Shown here: piece after piece, positions 39,931 to 49,743 of the stretch
Layout of the letters: every line of letters begins with the position of its first letter
How positions within the stretch are numbered: the first letter of the stretch is position 1
DNA from: Candidatus Enterousia sp.
Lineage (GTDB): Bacteria; Pseudomonadota; Alphaproteobacteria; Rs-D84
Direction: 5' to 3'
Assembly (NCBI GenBank): GCA_045635585.1
Contig: JAZTWA010000011.1
Span: forward strand, 5,919-69,918
DNA length: 64,000 bases
Made by a program: the position numbers and the translations under genes
The notes under the pieces: model-generated
Seen by the model: the letters and a program-made list of their open reading frames with translations, nothing else
Told to the model about the DNA's origin: nothing
Databases searched by the model: none

Positions 39931-41403
39931 CTTTTCATTTGTGGTCAAATTCACCAGCATATCAAACGGTTTATTCAAGGAATACAGCAGTTTTCCGTCT
40001 TTTAGTGTGCAGTTCGAAAGTAGTAAGTTCAGCAGTGCACGTTTTTGTTCGACTTTCGAACTTTTAAATAATTCGCCAGCCATTGAAACAACCAAAAAGA
40101 CCGATTCTATCGTGGTTATAAATGATTTGTCCGCTGCGATGTGTGACCGCTGTCTGTTTTGGATGTCGAATATTTCTTTTTCCAGTTCGGAGCGTTTTGT
40201 GTCGTATTCGGTCTGTGTAATACTTTGGTTTAAAAGTAAGTCTAGCAGACGTGACTTTTTATCGTTGGCACGTTCTAATTGTTTGGCCAAGTCGTTCAAT
40301 GACTGGTTCAGGAACTCGTTTTCTGCCTGAATGGATGTTTTTAAAGCATCGACTATTTCCTGCATTATGTTTTGTGGGATTGATAATCTGTCGAATACTT
40401 CGGTTTGAATCTGTTCAAATATTTTCTGTTCGTTGACCGGCGGTTGTTGGCAGTTGCCTTTGTAATGAGAGCATTTCAAATATGTGTATGTTTTTCCGCT
40501 GGGTTTGGTTTTCAAGTCGCTGGATATTGCACAGCCACAATCTGCACAACGAATTAAACCGCCAAATGCGAATGGAATTTTTGCATATTTCTGTCGTTTG
40601 CTGGCTTTTTGGGTCATAACGGCCTGGCATTTGTCAAACAATTCTTTGCTTATTATGGGGTCGTATATGTGTGCGTATAAGTGACCCTTGACCCGCATAA
40701 CGCCATAATAAAATGGGTTAGTTAATAATTTCTGGATTAGTGATTTGTTTAGTGGTGCATTTTTCAGTCTGCTGGTTAGCCCAATATTTTTTGCCTGTTG
40801 AACCATTGCCCCAAGTGTGTAAAGTCCGGATGCGTATAATTCGAACAGTCGTTTGACTTTGAATGCGCGTTCTTGGTCAATAATAATTGTTGGATGATTG
40901 TTGTTATCACGGGCATTTTTGTAGCCAATGGGTGCCAAACTCTGCCATATCCCCTTGCCAGTGTTGTAATTGATACTGCGTTTAACATTATCACGCAGGT
41001 TTCCGACATAGGTCTTTGATGTGAAAACGCCTAAGTCCCATCTGGCGATATCGGCACTGTTTGAATCCTTGTGTATAACCAGGTTTTCACGAACAAAATG
41101 GATTTCTATTTTATCTGCATTGCGTAATTCGTCTAAATCGACGGATTCCTTGAATCCACGTTGCACACGGTCAATGGTATCTGCCACAAGTGCGACCTTA
41201 TGGGGCAATCCCTGGATATAACGCAATATTTCTTCGAATTTTTTGCGTTCGGATTTTGTGGAACTTTCAACAAGTTGGAATGTTTTTAATATTTCAAGGT
41301 CTTTTCTGGCACAGTAATTGCGTAAATTTTCTGTCTGGGCATCAATAGACATTCCCTCGGCTTGTTCTCGGGATGATACTCGTGCCAGCAGGACCGCATA
41401 CAT
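39919..41403 (-). CDS. Large serine recombinase (integrase)
   Basis: ARVSSREQ catalytic Ser, DRVQR, APIGY, recombinase domain, CADCG zinc ribbon, coiled coil; the stop lies inside the tRNA. Confidence 0.95.
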   Translation of the reverse strand: MYAVLLARVSSREQAEGMSIDAQTENLRNYCARKDLEILKTFQLVESSTKSERKKFEEILRYIQGLPHKVALVADTIDRVQRGFKESVDLDELRNADKIEIHFVRENLVIHKDSNSADIARWDLGVFTSKTYVGNLRDNVKRSINYNTGKGIWQSLAPIGYKNARDNNNHPTIIIDQERAFKVKRLFELYASGLYTLGAMVQQAKNIGLTSRLKNAPLNKSLIQKLLTNPFYYGVMRVKGHLYAHIYDPIISKELFDKCQAVMTQKASKRQKYAKIPFAFGGLIRCADCGCAISSDLKTKPSGKTYTYLKCSHYKGNCQQPPVNEQKIFEQIQTEVFDRLSIPQNIMQEIVDALKTSIQAENEFLNQSLNDLAKQLERANDKKSRLLDLLLNQSITQTEYDTKRSELEKEIFDIQNRQRSHIAADKSFITTIESVFLVVSMAGELFKSSKVEQKRALLNLLLSNCTLKDGKLLYSLNKPFDMLVNLTTNEKWSG

Positions 41404-41404
41404 T

Positions 41405-41737
41405 TTACATGCCCGCCACGTTAATCACTGGTTTTGTGCCAGTTTGTTTGAACGGAATGATTTTCATCAGTTCGTCTTCTGGAATGGCACGTCTTGCAGC
41501 GACCATATCTAAACGGTTCTGTAAACGCAGGAAATATCCCTGGGATAGGCCGAAATAACGCGTTAAACGTAAATCTACCTGGGCTGAAATGCCACGTGTG
41601 CCGTGGACAATGCCGTGTATGCAGTTCGCAGGCATGTCGATTGCACGTGCCAGCGCATTCATAGATAAGCCCAGCGGTTCCATAAATTCTTCACGTAAGA
41701 TATCGCCAATATGTCCGGTTTCAATATAATTGGTCAT
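41405..41737 (-). CDS. higA: HigA antitoxin (HTH)
   Basis: HIGDILREEFMEPLGLSMNALARAI...LRLQ. Confidence 0.92.
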   Translation of the reverse strand: MTNYIETGHIGDILREEFMEPLGLSMNALARAIDMPANCIHGIVHGTRGISAQVDLRLTRYFGLSQGYFLRLQNRLDMVAARRAIPEDELMKIIPFKQTGTKPVINVAGM

Positions 41738-41796
41738 AGAAAACGTCCTTTTTTGTTAACTGTATTATACATTATGTAATAGATAATGTCAAGTGT

Positions 41797-42078
41797 TTAA
41801 TGATAATCCACAATTTCGACATTGTTCGCCTCGTTTTCGTTCCAGACAAAGCAAATTCGGTATTGTTGATTTATACGAATACTCCATTGGCCTTTGCGTT
41901 TGCCACCAAGAGTTTCCAGCATGTTGGACGGCGGTATCCGCAGGTCGTCAATATTTTCGGCCGCATCCAGCATTGTTAATTTGCGGAATGCCCGTTCTTG
42001 TATGTTTGTTGGCAGTTTTTTTGAACGTTCACCGTTAAAAATCTTTTCGGTTTCTTTGTCATTAAAAGATTTAATCAT
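41797..42078 (-). CDS. higB: HigB (RelE-family) toxin
   Basis: MIKSF...DLRIPPSNMLE.L.G.RKGQWSIRINQQYRICF...VEIVDYH. Confidence 0.93.
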   Translation of the reverse strand: MIKSFNDKETEKIFNGERSKKLPTNIQERAFRKLTMLDAAENIDDLRIPPSNMLETLGGKRKGQWSIRINQQYRICFVWNENEANNVEIVDYH

Positions 42079-43214
42079 CGTGTTTCCTTTTGTAATTCCG
42101 GGTAATCGGCCAACTTAACGGCTTTAAATTCTGCCAATTCGGTTTCAATCTGTTTGAAAATATTGTATAAATAGTTTCCAGTTAAATCAACCGGTTTTAA
42201 GCAGTTTGATAAATGCCTGTATGTGCGTCCAGATGGGGATAATACCTGGTGCAGGGAACGTATTCCGTGTTCTTTGATATAGCCCAGTGCACCGCAACAT
42301 TTTATGGTATCTGATTCTTTTAATCCGCAGGAACGCAGTTGTGTGAATATTGCCTGGGGGCTTTGGCTTGCTGTGATGACAATGTTTAATGATGGTCGTA
42401 TGAATTTGTCCCAGAAATGTAATAGAACTGATTGGGCGGTTGTCGCAGAAAATAGTTCTTTGAATGTCAGGTTGTTGACGGGGATATTGCATTCCTGCAA
42501 TGTGTTTTTTATGTGTCGTCTGTTGTTTAGTCGGCATTCCATTCGCATAATTTGTGCCTGGGGTTTTAATTGGTTGAATAGGTCCAGTTGAATTGCGTTG
42601 TCGGATTCGATTGCCCGGTTTTCGCTGATGCGTGCATGTTCTAAATCTTTAACCTTGTCATAGAATGTTAATTCGCAGTGATTGGTGTGAAATCTGACCG
42701 CTTGGCCGTCATTGCGAAAATCTGTGTCGCCCAGGTCCCAGCGTTTTGAAACTTTCAGTTTGTGTATGGTGTTTATGACCAGCGCACAGGTTGATTTGTT
42801 TTCCAGCACGATGTTTTTGCCATAATGTATGCCTGTGACGGTGGCATTAATCAATGTATTGTATGTTAGTATGATTCCCATTGTCGCCAGTTGGTAATGC
42901 AACATCTGTATGACGGTTTGAAAATCGCTGGGGAGCATTTCATCAAAATTATTCCCAAATATCAGTTTGGGCAACGACAGTTCGATTTTTAATGCGATTG
43001 AAAAGCCGCCTTGTCGGATTCGTTTGGACAGTGTTAAGCGTGGTTTATATTCGTTGTCGTGTTTGCTGGGGTTTAAAAAGCATTCAAAGTGTCCACGTGC
43101 CCCCAGAATGTAATATGGTGGCTCGAACAGTCCACGTGCGCTGGGACTGAATTTATCATAGTCAACGATTTGAAATTGTTCAAATGGTATGCTTAGGATG
43201 ACCGTATCAATCAT
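42075..43214 (-). CDS. Putative replication initiator, phage/plasmid II/X-like
   Basis: MIDTV, LKIELSLPKL..GNN, FYDK and R.E.RL pattern resembling gene II/X replication proteins; located in a mobile element. Confidence 0.55.
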   Translation of the reverse strand: MIDTVILSIPFEQFQIVDYDKFSPSARGLFEPPYYILGARGHFECFLNPSKHDNEYKPRLTLSKRIRQGGFSIALKIELSLPKLIFGNNFDEMLPSDFQTVIQMLHYQLATMGIILTYNTLINATVTGIHYGKNIVLENKSTCALVINTIHKLKVSKRWDLGDTDFRNDGQAVRFHTNHCELTFYDKVKDLEHARISENRAIESDNAIQLDLFNQLKPQAQIMRMECRLNNRRHIKNTLQECNIPVNNLTFKELFSATTAQSVLLHFWDKFIRPSLNIVITASQSPQAIFTQLRSCGLKESDTIKCCGALGYIKEHGIRSLHQVLSPSGRTYRHLSNCLKPVDLTGNYLYNIFKQIETELAEFKAVKLADYPELQKETR

Positions 43215-43368
43215 ATTTGTGTCTCTTGGGCTGTTGTGCGTTGACCTGCATCAGGATTTCAACAAATTTAACCAGGCGTTGACTTGCGTTTAATGCGTCC
43301 TGGTCAGACAGGGATTGTCCAGGATATAGTGTTTTTAACTGCAAAGATAACGCTTGCGTGTTTGTCAT
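43207..43368 (-). CDS. Small hypothetical protein of the element
   Basis: MTNTQALSLQLKTLYPGQSLSDQDA...; overlaps the rep start. Confidence 0.55.
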   Translation of the reverse strand: MTNTQALSLQLKTLYPGQSLSDQDALNASQRLVKFVEILMQVNAQQPKRHKYD

Positions 43369-43412
43369 ACCAACAATGTAAATGGCACGACAGGTGTAAA
43401 GCAAAGGGTCAA

Positions 43413-43438
43413 TGGGTCGGACCCTTTGGGTCGGACCC
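43413..43438. repeat. Tandem palindromes TGGGTCGGACCC x2 (operator or origin candidate)
   Basis: Exact 12-bp direct repeat at 43413-43424 and 43427-43438; each copy contains GGGTC-G-GACCC. Confidence 0.7.
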
Positions 43439-43526
43439 AAAACAAATGCGAAAATCTGGGCTTTTTTATTAGAAAACTTTTTCTGGAAACGGTATAAAAA
43501 CGGTGTTTTGCGAATCGTGGGGCGTG

Positions 43527-44237
43527 CTATGCGTGGCCTTTTTGGGATTCTGGCAAACGGATAATTGTCGCCATATATTCCGCCAAAGATTGTGATGGTC
43601 TAAGGCCATGTTCTGTCATTTTTTGTATAATAACATCGGTTAAAATCTTTTTTAATGGCTGGTTGGTGTCGGTGATTTTTAACTCGTTTATAACCTCGAC
43701 CATTATTTCCATGTATGGTGTGGAATATCGTTTTTCAATGGCATTAAATGCGGTTGTAGAATGTCTAGAATGAAACTCACGTTTCAAATCCTGAAATGGT
43801 ATGTATATGTCGGTGTATGTTGTGTCGTTTATTTGGATTGTATTTTTACCAATGTCCAGTTTAACCGTATTTGGAATATTGGTTATTTGTTGGTGTTGGG
43901 GCTGTTTATCGGGTGTTGAAACCATGCCATAGGCATTTATATCGCCATCATAAAGGGCCAGTTTTAATTTAGCGGCGGCATCGTATATTTGTTTAGAATA
44001 ATCTTTATCGGCCTGGGTAGTAAAACGCAGTGCGATTTCTGAAAATATTGGTGTGGTTTCAAAATCTGGGTGCAACAGTGCGTGGCGTTTGAATCCAAGT
44101 GCATTTGCACGGATTTGTTCCATCGGCGGAATTTTAAACGCAATCCATTCACAGGCCTGTTGCAGGGTGCAGTTTTCAAAGATTTCTGTTCTGTGTTTCA
44201 TAATGCGTAATGGTATCGCAAAAAGTGGCTGTTTCAA
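43527..44237 (-). CDS. Hypothetical protein of the element (possible regulator)
   Basis: 236-aa ORF with helical C-terminus (SLAEYMATIIR); start uncertain. Confidence 0.6.
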   Translation of the reverse strand: MKQPLFAIPLRIMKHRTEIFENCTLQQACEWIAFKIPPMEQIRANALGFKRHALLHPDFETTPIFSEIALRFTTQADKDYSKQIYDAAAKLKLALYDGDINAYGMVSTPDKQPQHQQITNIPNTVKLDIGKNTIQINDTTYTDIYIPFQDLKREFHSRHSTTAFNAIEKRYSTPYMEIMVEVINELKITDTNQPLKKILTDVIIQKMTEHGLRPSQSLAEYMATIIRLPESQKGHA

Positions 44238-44285
44238 GGGATTTTACATTGAAATTGTTTTTTGCGAAAAAGTATGTTAAACTGA

Positions 44286-44515
44286 CGGACAGGACCAATC
44301 GGGAAAGTTGTGTCCGGGGCCGTAGAAAGCCCAGTTTTTATCCGGTGCAGAATGCATCGTTTCCAACATGGTGTTGACTGCACCGTTTTTGACCCTGACT
44401 TGTATGTCGGGGGGCTGTTGTCATAGAACAGGCATATTGCCAAAAGCAGCAGGAATCAAATGATAAAAACTGATTTTTCTAACCCCCCGACCGCCATCCC
44501 GTTGGCGGTTTAATT
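44286..44515 (+). ncRNA. Candidate structured non-coding RNA/leader upstream of mod
   Basis: Multiple perfect stems, an 11-bp closing stem, and an alternative 9-bp pairing next to a terminator-like hairpin. Confidence 0.45.
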
Positions 44516-44535
44516 TTTACACAATGGGGTGGGTT

Positions 44536-46431
44536 ATGAAATCGCTGATAGAGGCATTGCCAGACGTAGTAAAACAGGGGCGACGTGAGGTTGAACAGAT
44601 TTTGGCACGTGCACAATCTGATAACAAAATGATGTTGCAAACAAATGAATATGTTCTGCCCGCCCGTGATGAAAGCGGTTTGTTTCGTGGCACAATTCGT
44701 GCATGCTGTCCACCCGATAATACCAGCGCAGAATATTGTGAAACAGACGGTTGGTTTAACCGATTGATAAACGGTGACAATCTGTTTGCGATGCAGGCAT
44801 TATTGACCGGCGACCCGGCAACCGGGCTGTCCAGTATGCGTGGTAAAATAGACCTGATATACATCGACCCCCCGTTTGATAGTAAGGCGGATTATCGGAC
44901 AAAAATAACACTGCCCAATGGGGATGTGGAACAAAAACCAACGGTGTTGGAACAATTTGCATATTCAGACACTTGGTCAGATGGCACAATATCGTATCTG
45001 AAAATGTTGTATCCACGTTTGGCGTTGATGAAAGAACTGTTGTCCGACCAGGGGGCTATATATGTTCATTGTGACTGGCACGCTGGGCATTATTTGAAAA
45101 TAATTTTGGATGACATTTTTGGAAAAAATAACTTTGTTAATGAAATTGTTTGGGGATATGCCACTGGTGGTGCCAGTAAAGAGTTTTATGGCAGGAAACA
45201 CGATTTGATTTTGTATTATAGAAAAAATGTAGATAATTATTTGTTTTATCCAGAACTTATAAAAGAACAACGAACAGAAAAATCATTGAAACGGGCACAA
45301 AATCAAAATGGTGCAAGAATCAGTAATACAGACGATAAAAAACTTCCAACAGATTTATGGTGTGATATTAACGCATTGAACCCAATGGAAAAAGAACGCG
45401 TAGATTATGCGACACAGAAGCCAGAAAAATTATTAGAAAAAATTTTACTCGCTTCATCCAATGAAAATTCTATTGTGGCGGATTTCTTTGGTGGGTCTGG
45501 AACGACCGCAGCGGTTGCCGAAAAGTTGGGACGGCGTTGGATAACATCTGACCTGGGCAAGCCGTCATGTATGATTATGCGTAAACGTTTGATTGATATT
45601 CCGGATTGCAAGCCATTCTTGTATCACAGTATTGGTGATTATTCGCGTGAGGCATTTTTGTCTGATAAACAATTTCGCCGTGTGTCCGACCTGGCACGTG
45701 TTGTTATGGGGTTGTATGGCGCATTACCGTTTGATGTGGCGGATGCGCCATCCAACCTGGGGCATATTCGCAATAGCAGCACCTTGGTATATGTGGACAG
45801 CCCAAACAAGGTGACCAATGCAAACACGGTTAAACGTGCGCTGGAACTGCGTGAATCATATATGGGCGGTTGGAACAAGGTTGTTGTCCTGGGGTGGAAC
45901 TTTGCATTTGATATTGGTGCTACTATCCAGGGGCTGAATAAATCAGAATGCGAAGTCCTGGTTATTCCACCAGATTTGTTGGATATGTTGCGTAAAAAGG
46001 GGTATGCAGACTTGGTTAACAGCGGGAAAATAACATTTTCATCACTGCAATATTTAACCATTAAACGGCCGTTGGTTGTGCCGGCCAATGAAGACGGCCA
46101 GGTTAAGATAACTGTTGAATTGGATAATTATGTGCTGTTATCACCGGACAGTTTGCCATTGGACGATAAAGCCAAGGCAAAGGTTCAACAGGTTATGGCA
46201 GAACGCCCATTGGATTTGATTGAATATTGGTCGATTGACCCGGATTATGACGGGCAAACTTTCCGTTCTGTATGGCAGGATTATCGTGAAAACACCGCAA
46301 ATGACGGCGATGCCGTGCGTGTGGTGCACAATGCCGAAATTATCACCCCAGCGCACCCAGGCAAACGCAAGATTTGTGTCAAGGCCGTGGATGTATTCGG
46401 GTTTGAATCAATGGTTGTTGAGGAGGTATAA
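44536..46431 (+). CDS. mod: Type III R-M methyltransferase (Mod)
   Basis: YIDPPF motif [16 protein letters not shown] motif I, long C-terminal domain; upstream of res. Confidence 0.9.
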   Translation: MKSLIEALPDVVKQGRREVEQILARAQSDNKMMLQTNEYVLPARDESGLFRGTIRACCPPDNTSAEYCETDGWFNRLINGDNLFAMQALLTGDPATGLSSMRGKIDLIYIDPPFDSKADYRTKITLPNGDVEQKPTVLEQFAYSDTWSDGTISYLKMLYPRLALMKELLSDQGAIYVHCDWHAGHYLKIILDDIFGKNNFVNEIVWGYATGGASKEFYGRKHDLILYYRKNVDNYLFYPELIKEQRTEKSLKRAQNQNGARISNTDDKKLPTDLWCDINALNPMEKERVDYATQKPEKLLEKILLASSNENSIVADFFGGSGTTAAVAEKLGRRWITSDLGKPSCMIMRKRLIDIPDCKPFLYHSIGDYSREAFLSDKQFRRVSDLARVVMGLYGALPFDVADAPSNLGHIRNSSTLVYVDSPNKVTNANTVKRALELRESYMGGWNKVVVLGWNFAFDIGATIQGLNKSECEVLVIPPDLLDMLRKKGYADLVNSGKITFSSLQYLTIKRPLVVPANEDGQVKITVELDNYVLLSPDSLPLDDKAKAKVQQVMAERPLDLIEYWSIDPDYDGQTFRSVWQDYRENTANDGDAVRVVHNAEIITPAHPGKRKICVKAVDVFGFESMVVEEV

Positions 46432-46432
46432 A

Positions 46433-46807
46433 TTGCAATCTAAACAACGTGAAATTTTGCAATATGTAAAACAAATACCGGGTGTAAAAGATATTGATAT
46501 ATGCGGACGGGATGGGGTTAGGCACAATAACATTCAAAAAGAATGGGCGCAAAGGGTGTTGTATGAAACACGGGCGCATTTAGAAGAGTTGTTAAGACGT
46601 GGATATATTTCGTGTGATGAAAAGATGTATTCAAACGGTAAGTCGTTCACGAATATAAAAATTACATCAAAAGGCAACTGGTATTTTTGTAAAAAAATAA
46701 TCGCAAAGGGGGCTTATGTGATTGTATTCACTGTGCCTGTTGCGGTTGCGGCCTGGATAAGTTTGGCAGACGCAATAATAAAATTATTTAATAAAGGGGT
46801 AGCATAA
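46433..46807 (+). CDS. Small wHTH-like protein with C-terminal TM helix, between mod and res
   Basis: TTG start after GAGGAGG; LEELLRRGYI...ITSKG wHTH pattern; hydrophobic AYVIVFTVPVAVAAWISLA; TAATG coupling to res. Confidence 0.7.
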   Translation: MQSKQREILQYVKQIPGVKDIDICGRDGVRHNNIQKEWAQRVLYETRAHLEELLRRGYISCDEKMYSNGKSFTNIKITSKGNWYFCKKIIAKGAYVIVFTVPVAVAAWISLADAIIKLFNKGVA

Positions 46808-49743
46808 TGGCATCACCAACAAATTCTGGAACACGTGATATTCCATTAAAATTCGCCAAGGGGTTAACTGAATTGGTTAATACCGAATGGGAAAACGGGC
46901 ATTTTCTGGCCACTGTATCGCCAATAACAGCCGACCTGTTGCGGTATTGGTTCGACCCATCATTTTGTGATGTTCGTGACCGCAATTTTCATGATGGCCA
47001 ACGTCAGGCGATTTTGAACGCAATATATGTGCACGAGGTTTTAAAGTCCAATTCTGTGGTTGATATGTATGCACACCTGTCCAATGTGACTGATACGTCC
47101 TATGTTGACCAGAACTTTACAGACGTTATAACCGCCGATAAATATCGCTATCCAAAGTATTGTGTTAAAATGGCAACCGGAACGGGTAAAACGTGGGTGC
47201 TGAATGCGTTGTTGATATGGCAGTATTTGAATGCTAAATATCAAACCAGTAATGGCGTAAAATATACCAAGAACTTTCTGTTAATTGCACCGGGACTGAT
47301 TGTATATGAACGTCTGTTAGATGCGTTTCGTGGCAAAGAAATTGCCCTTGGACGGCGTGATTTTGAAACATCTGACCTGAAAAGCAACCAGGAATTGTTT
47401 GTGCCTGAAAAATATCGCCAAGATGTATTTTCATTTATTCAAAATGCGGTGGCGGATAAAAAGGAAATTGGCAACAAAACAACTGGCGGCGGCATAATTG
47501 CAATAACGAACTGGCATAAATTGAACGAAGATACGCCGGATGGTGAATCCGAAACCCAAATTATGGGTTTTGACTTTGGTGACACACAAAATATGGCATC
47601 TGAAATCTTGCCTGTGACACCGGGTGTTGCCAGTGGTAATGCATTGGATGCGCTGGATGCAAAATACCTGCGTGGTGGGGTAATTGAATATCTGGCAGGT
47701 TTATCAGACCTGTGTGTATTTAATGACGAAGCACACCACATCCACGAAAGTAAATCGAACGGCATCGTGGCCGAGGTTGAGTGGCAACGTGCATTGAATA
47801 CCATTGCGGACCCCAAGGGCAACAGTTTTATTCAAATCGACTTTTCTGCGACCCCGTATATTGTGACGGGCGGTGGCAAGAACAGAACCAAACACTTTTT
47901 TCCGCACATTGTGACCAATTTTGAATTGGCGACTGCGATGAAAGCCGGTTTTGTCAAAACCTTTATTCTGGACAAGCGTAAGGAATTGGGGGCGTTGTCT
48001 AATGCAGAAATTGAATTCAAGGCCGTGCGTGAGGGCAAACAGGTAATCGGCCTGTCTGAGGGGCAACGTTTAATGTTGCGTGCTGGGCTGTCACGTTTAA
48101 ATATATTGCGTGAAGATTTTGAGAACTTTAACGCCAAAAAATCGCCAAAAATGTTGGTCGTTTGCGAAGATACAGATGTGTCGCCGTTTGTGGTGGACTT
48201 TTTGCGGTCCGAGGGATTGGCCGAAGACGATATTATGCGTATTGATTCCAACCGCAAAGGTGAAATCCCACCAGAAGAATGGGAACAAACAAAACAGCAG
48301 TTATTTAACATGGACAAGTCTGACAAGCCCAAGGTTGTTGTCAGTGTTATGATGTTGCGTGAGGGGTTTGATGTTAACAGTATTTGCGTTATTGTGCCCC
48401 TGCGTTCATCCGAGGCACCAATATTGCTGGAACAGGTTTTGGGACGTGGATTGCGTTTAATGTGGCGTGAACCCGAATTCCAAGACAGCAAGGCAGAAAA
48501 CAGACATAACATATATGACCTGAAACAACAACCAGTTAATTATCTGGATACTTTGTTTGTTATTGAACATCCGGCGTTTGAAAAATTCTATGATGACCTG
48601 GATAAAAGTTTGTTGGTTGAAGAACCTGCAACCCGTCCTGGTGGTAAAGGCAAGGCGTTGGGTGATATGATTTCTGTTGGTTTGAAACCGAACTTCGCAG
48701 AATTGAATTTGTTTTGGCCACGCATTGTAAAAGACAAAGAAGAAACTATGTCAGGCGATGTTATATCTGTTGAAAGCATGAACCAATGGGACGGGGCAAG
48801 ATTGGGCGATTTGAAAAAATTGGTGCCAAATGATAATGATGAACGTTTCGTTGGGGTTGAAATGCAGGTCAAAACCCGCTTTGGTGAATACAGGGTGCGT
48901 GGCGATATATTTAACGCAAAGTCATACAATGAATATCTGCAAAAAATGCTGAACACAATTATTGTGAATATGGCCAAGATGAGCAGCAAGGGGCATAAAG
49001 CCGAACTGCCATTGATGCAGATTGACCAGGCGTTGTTAATGCGAACCATCGATAAGTATATCCGGACCCGTCTGTTCGGCCAGGAATTTGACCCATTAGT
49101 AGACGGGAATTGGCGTGTGCTGATATTATCAAACGGGCAAATATTGCAACACACCCTGACAGAACTGTCCAAGGCGGTTTATGAAATGCACACCAGAATT
49201 GATGTGGCCGAGGCAGTTGTGGAAAAACATTGGTTTTCGCAAGTTGATACAATGTTTGGGCGTGAAAATTTTGCGTTGGATATAAAAAAGTCGATTTATG
49301 AAAAAACGTTCTATCCGTCAACAACAAAACTGGAAAAAGATTTTCTGGAATATTGTGATGCGGACAGTGCCGTTGAACGTTTGATAAAAATTGATGAACA
49401 CAAGCATCCGTTTGCGCACCTGCGTTATTTACGCCAGGACGGCATGTTGGGAACCTATCATCCGGACTTTATGGTAAAAATCGGCAATAAAATGTATGTC
49501 GTAGAAACCAAAGGTGATGACAGGGCAAAAACGGCCGATGTGTGCAGTAAAGAAACCAGTGCGGTTGACTGGGTGGCCAAGATAAATGAATTGCCCGAAT
49601 CAGAACGTATGGGCTGTGAATGGTCGTATGTGTTATTGACTGGCAGTAATTTCTATGCCTTGCGTGACCAAAATGCCAACATTCAGGACATATTGTCGCA
49701 CAGCAAACTAACACGCACCCGTGCACAAGGCACATTGATATAA
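46807..49743 (+). CDS. res: Type III restriction helicase/endonuclease (Res)
   Basis: MATGTGKT, DEAHH, FSATP, LREGFD, QVLGRGLR, and a C-terminal PDF..ETKG nuclease. Confidence 0.92.
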   Translation: MASPTNSGTRDIPLKFAKGLTELVNTEWENGHFLATVSPITADLLRYWFDPSFCDVRDRNFHDGQRQAILNAIYVHEVLKSNSVVDMYAHLSNVTDTSYVDQNFTDVITADKYRYPKYCVKMATGTGKTWVLNALLIWQYLNAKYQTSNGVKYTKNFLLIAPGLIVYERLLDAFRGKEIALGRRDFETSDLKSNQELFVPEKYRQDVFSFIQNAVADKKEIGNKTTGGGIIAITNWHKLNEDTPDGESETQIMGFDFGDTQNMASEILPVTPGVASGNALDALDAKYLRGGVIEYLAGLSDLCVFNDEAHHIHESKSNGIVAEVEWQRALNTIADPKGNSFIQIDFSATPYIVTGGGKNRTKHFFPHIVTNFELATAMKAGFVKTFILDKRKELGALSNAEIEFKAVREGKQVIGLSEGQRLMLRAGLSRLNILREDFENFNAKKSPKMLVVCEDTDVSPFVVDFLRSEGLAEDDIMRIDSNRKGEIPPEEWEQTKQQLFNMDKSDKPKVVVSVMMLREGFDVNSICVIVPLRSSEAPILLEQVLGRGLRLMWREPEFQDSKAENRHNIYDLKQQPVNYLDTLFVIEHPAFEKFYDDLDKSLLVEEPATRPGGKGKALGDMISVGLKPNFAELNLFWPRIVKDKEETMSGDVISVESMNQWDGARLGDLKKLVPNDNDERFVGVEMQVKTRFGEYRVRGDIFNAKSYNEYLQKMLNTIIVNMAKMSSKGHKAELPLMQIDQALLMRTIDKYIRTRLFGQEFDPLVDGNWRVLILSNGQILQHTLTELSKAVYEMHTRIDVAEAVVEKHWFSQVDTMFGRENFALDIKKSIYEKTFYPSTTKLEKDFLEYCDADSAVERLIKIDEHKHPFAHLRYLRQDGMLGTYHPDFMVKIGNKMYVVETKGDDRAKTADVCSKETSAVDWVAKINELPESERMGCEWSYVLLTGSNFYALRDQNANIQDILSHSKLTRTRAQGTLI

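Noticed and set aside
44234-44443. 69-aa minus-strand ORF
   Set aside because: Non-ATG start, no RBS or recognisable motif, and it overlaps a region better explained by RNA/DNA structure.
44536-46431. Phase-variable mod (phasevarion)
   Set aside because: No simple-sequence repeat tract was seen in or before mod.
46220-46432. 5' part of the 195-aa ORF 46220..46807
   Set aside because: Overlaps mod in another frame; the likely start is TTG at 46433 after GAGGAGG.
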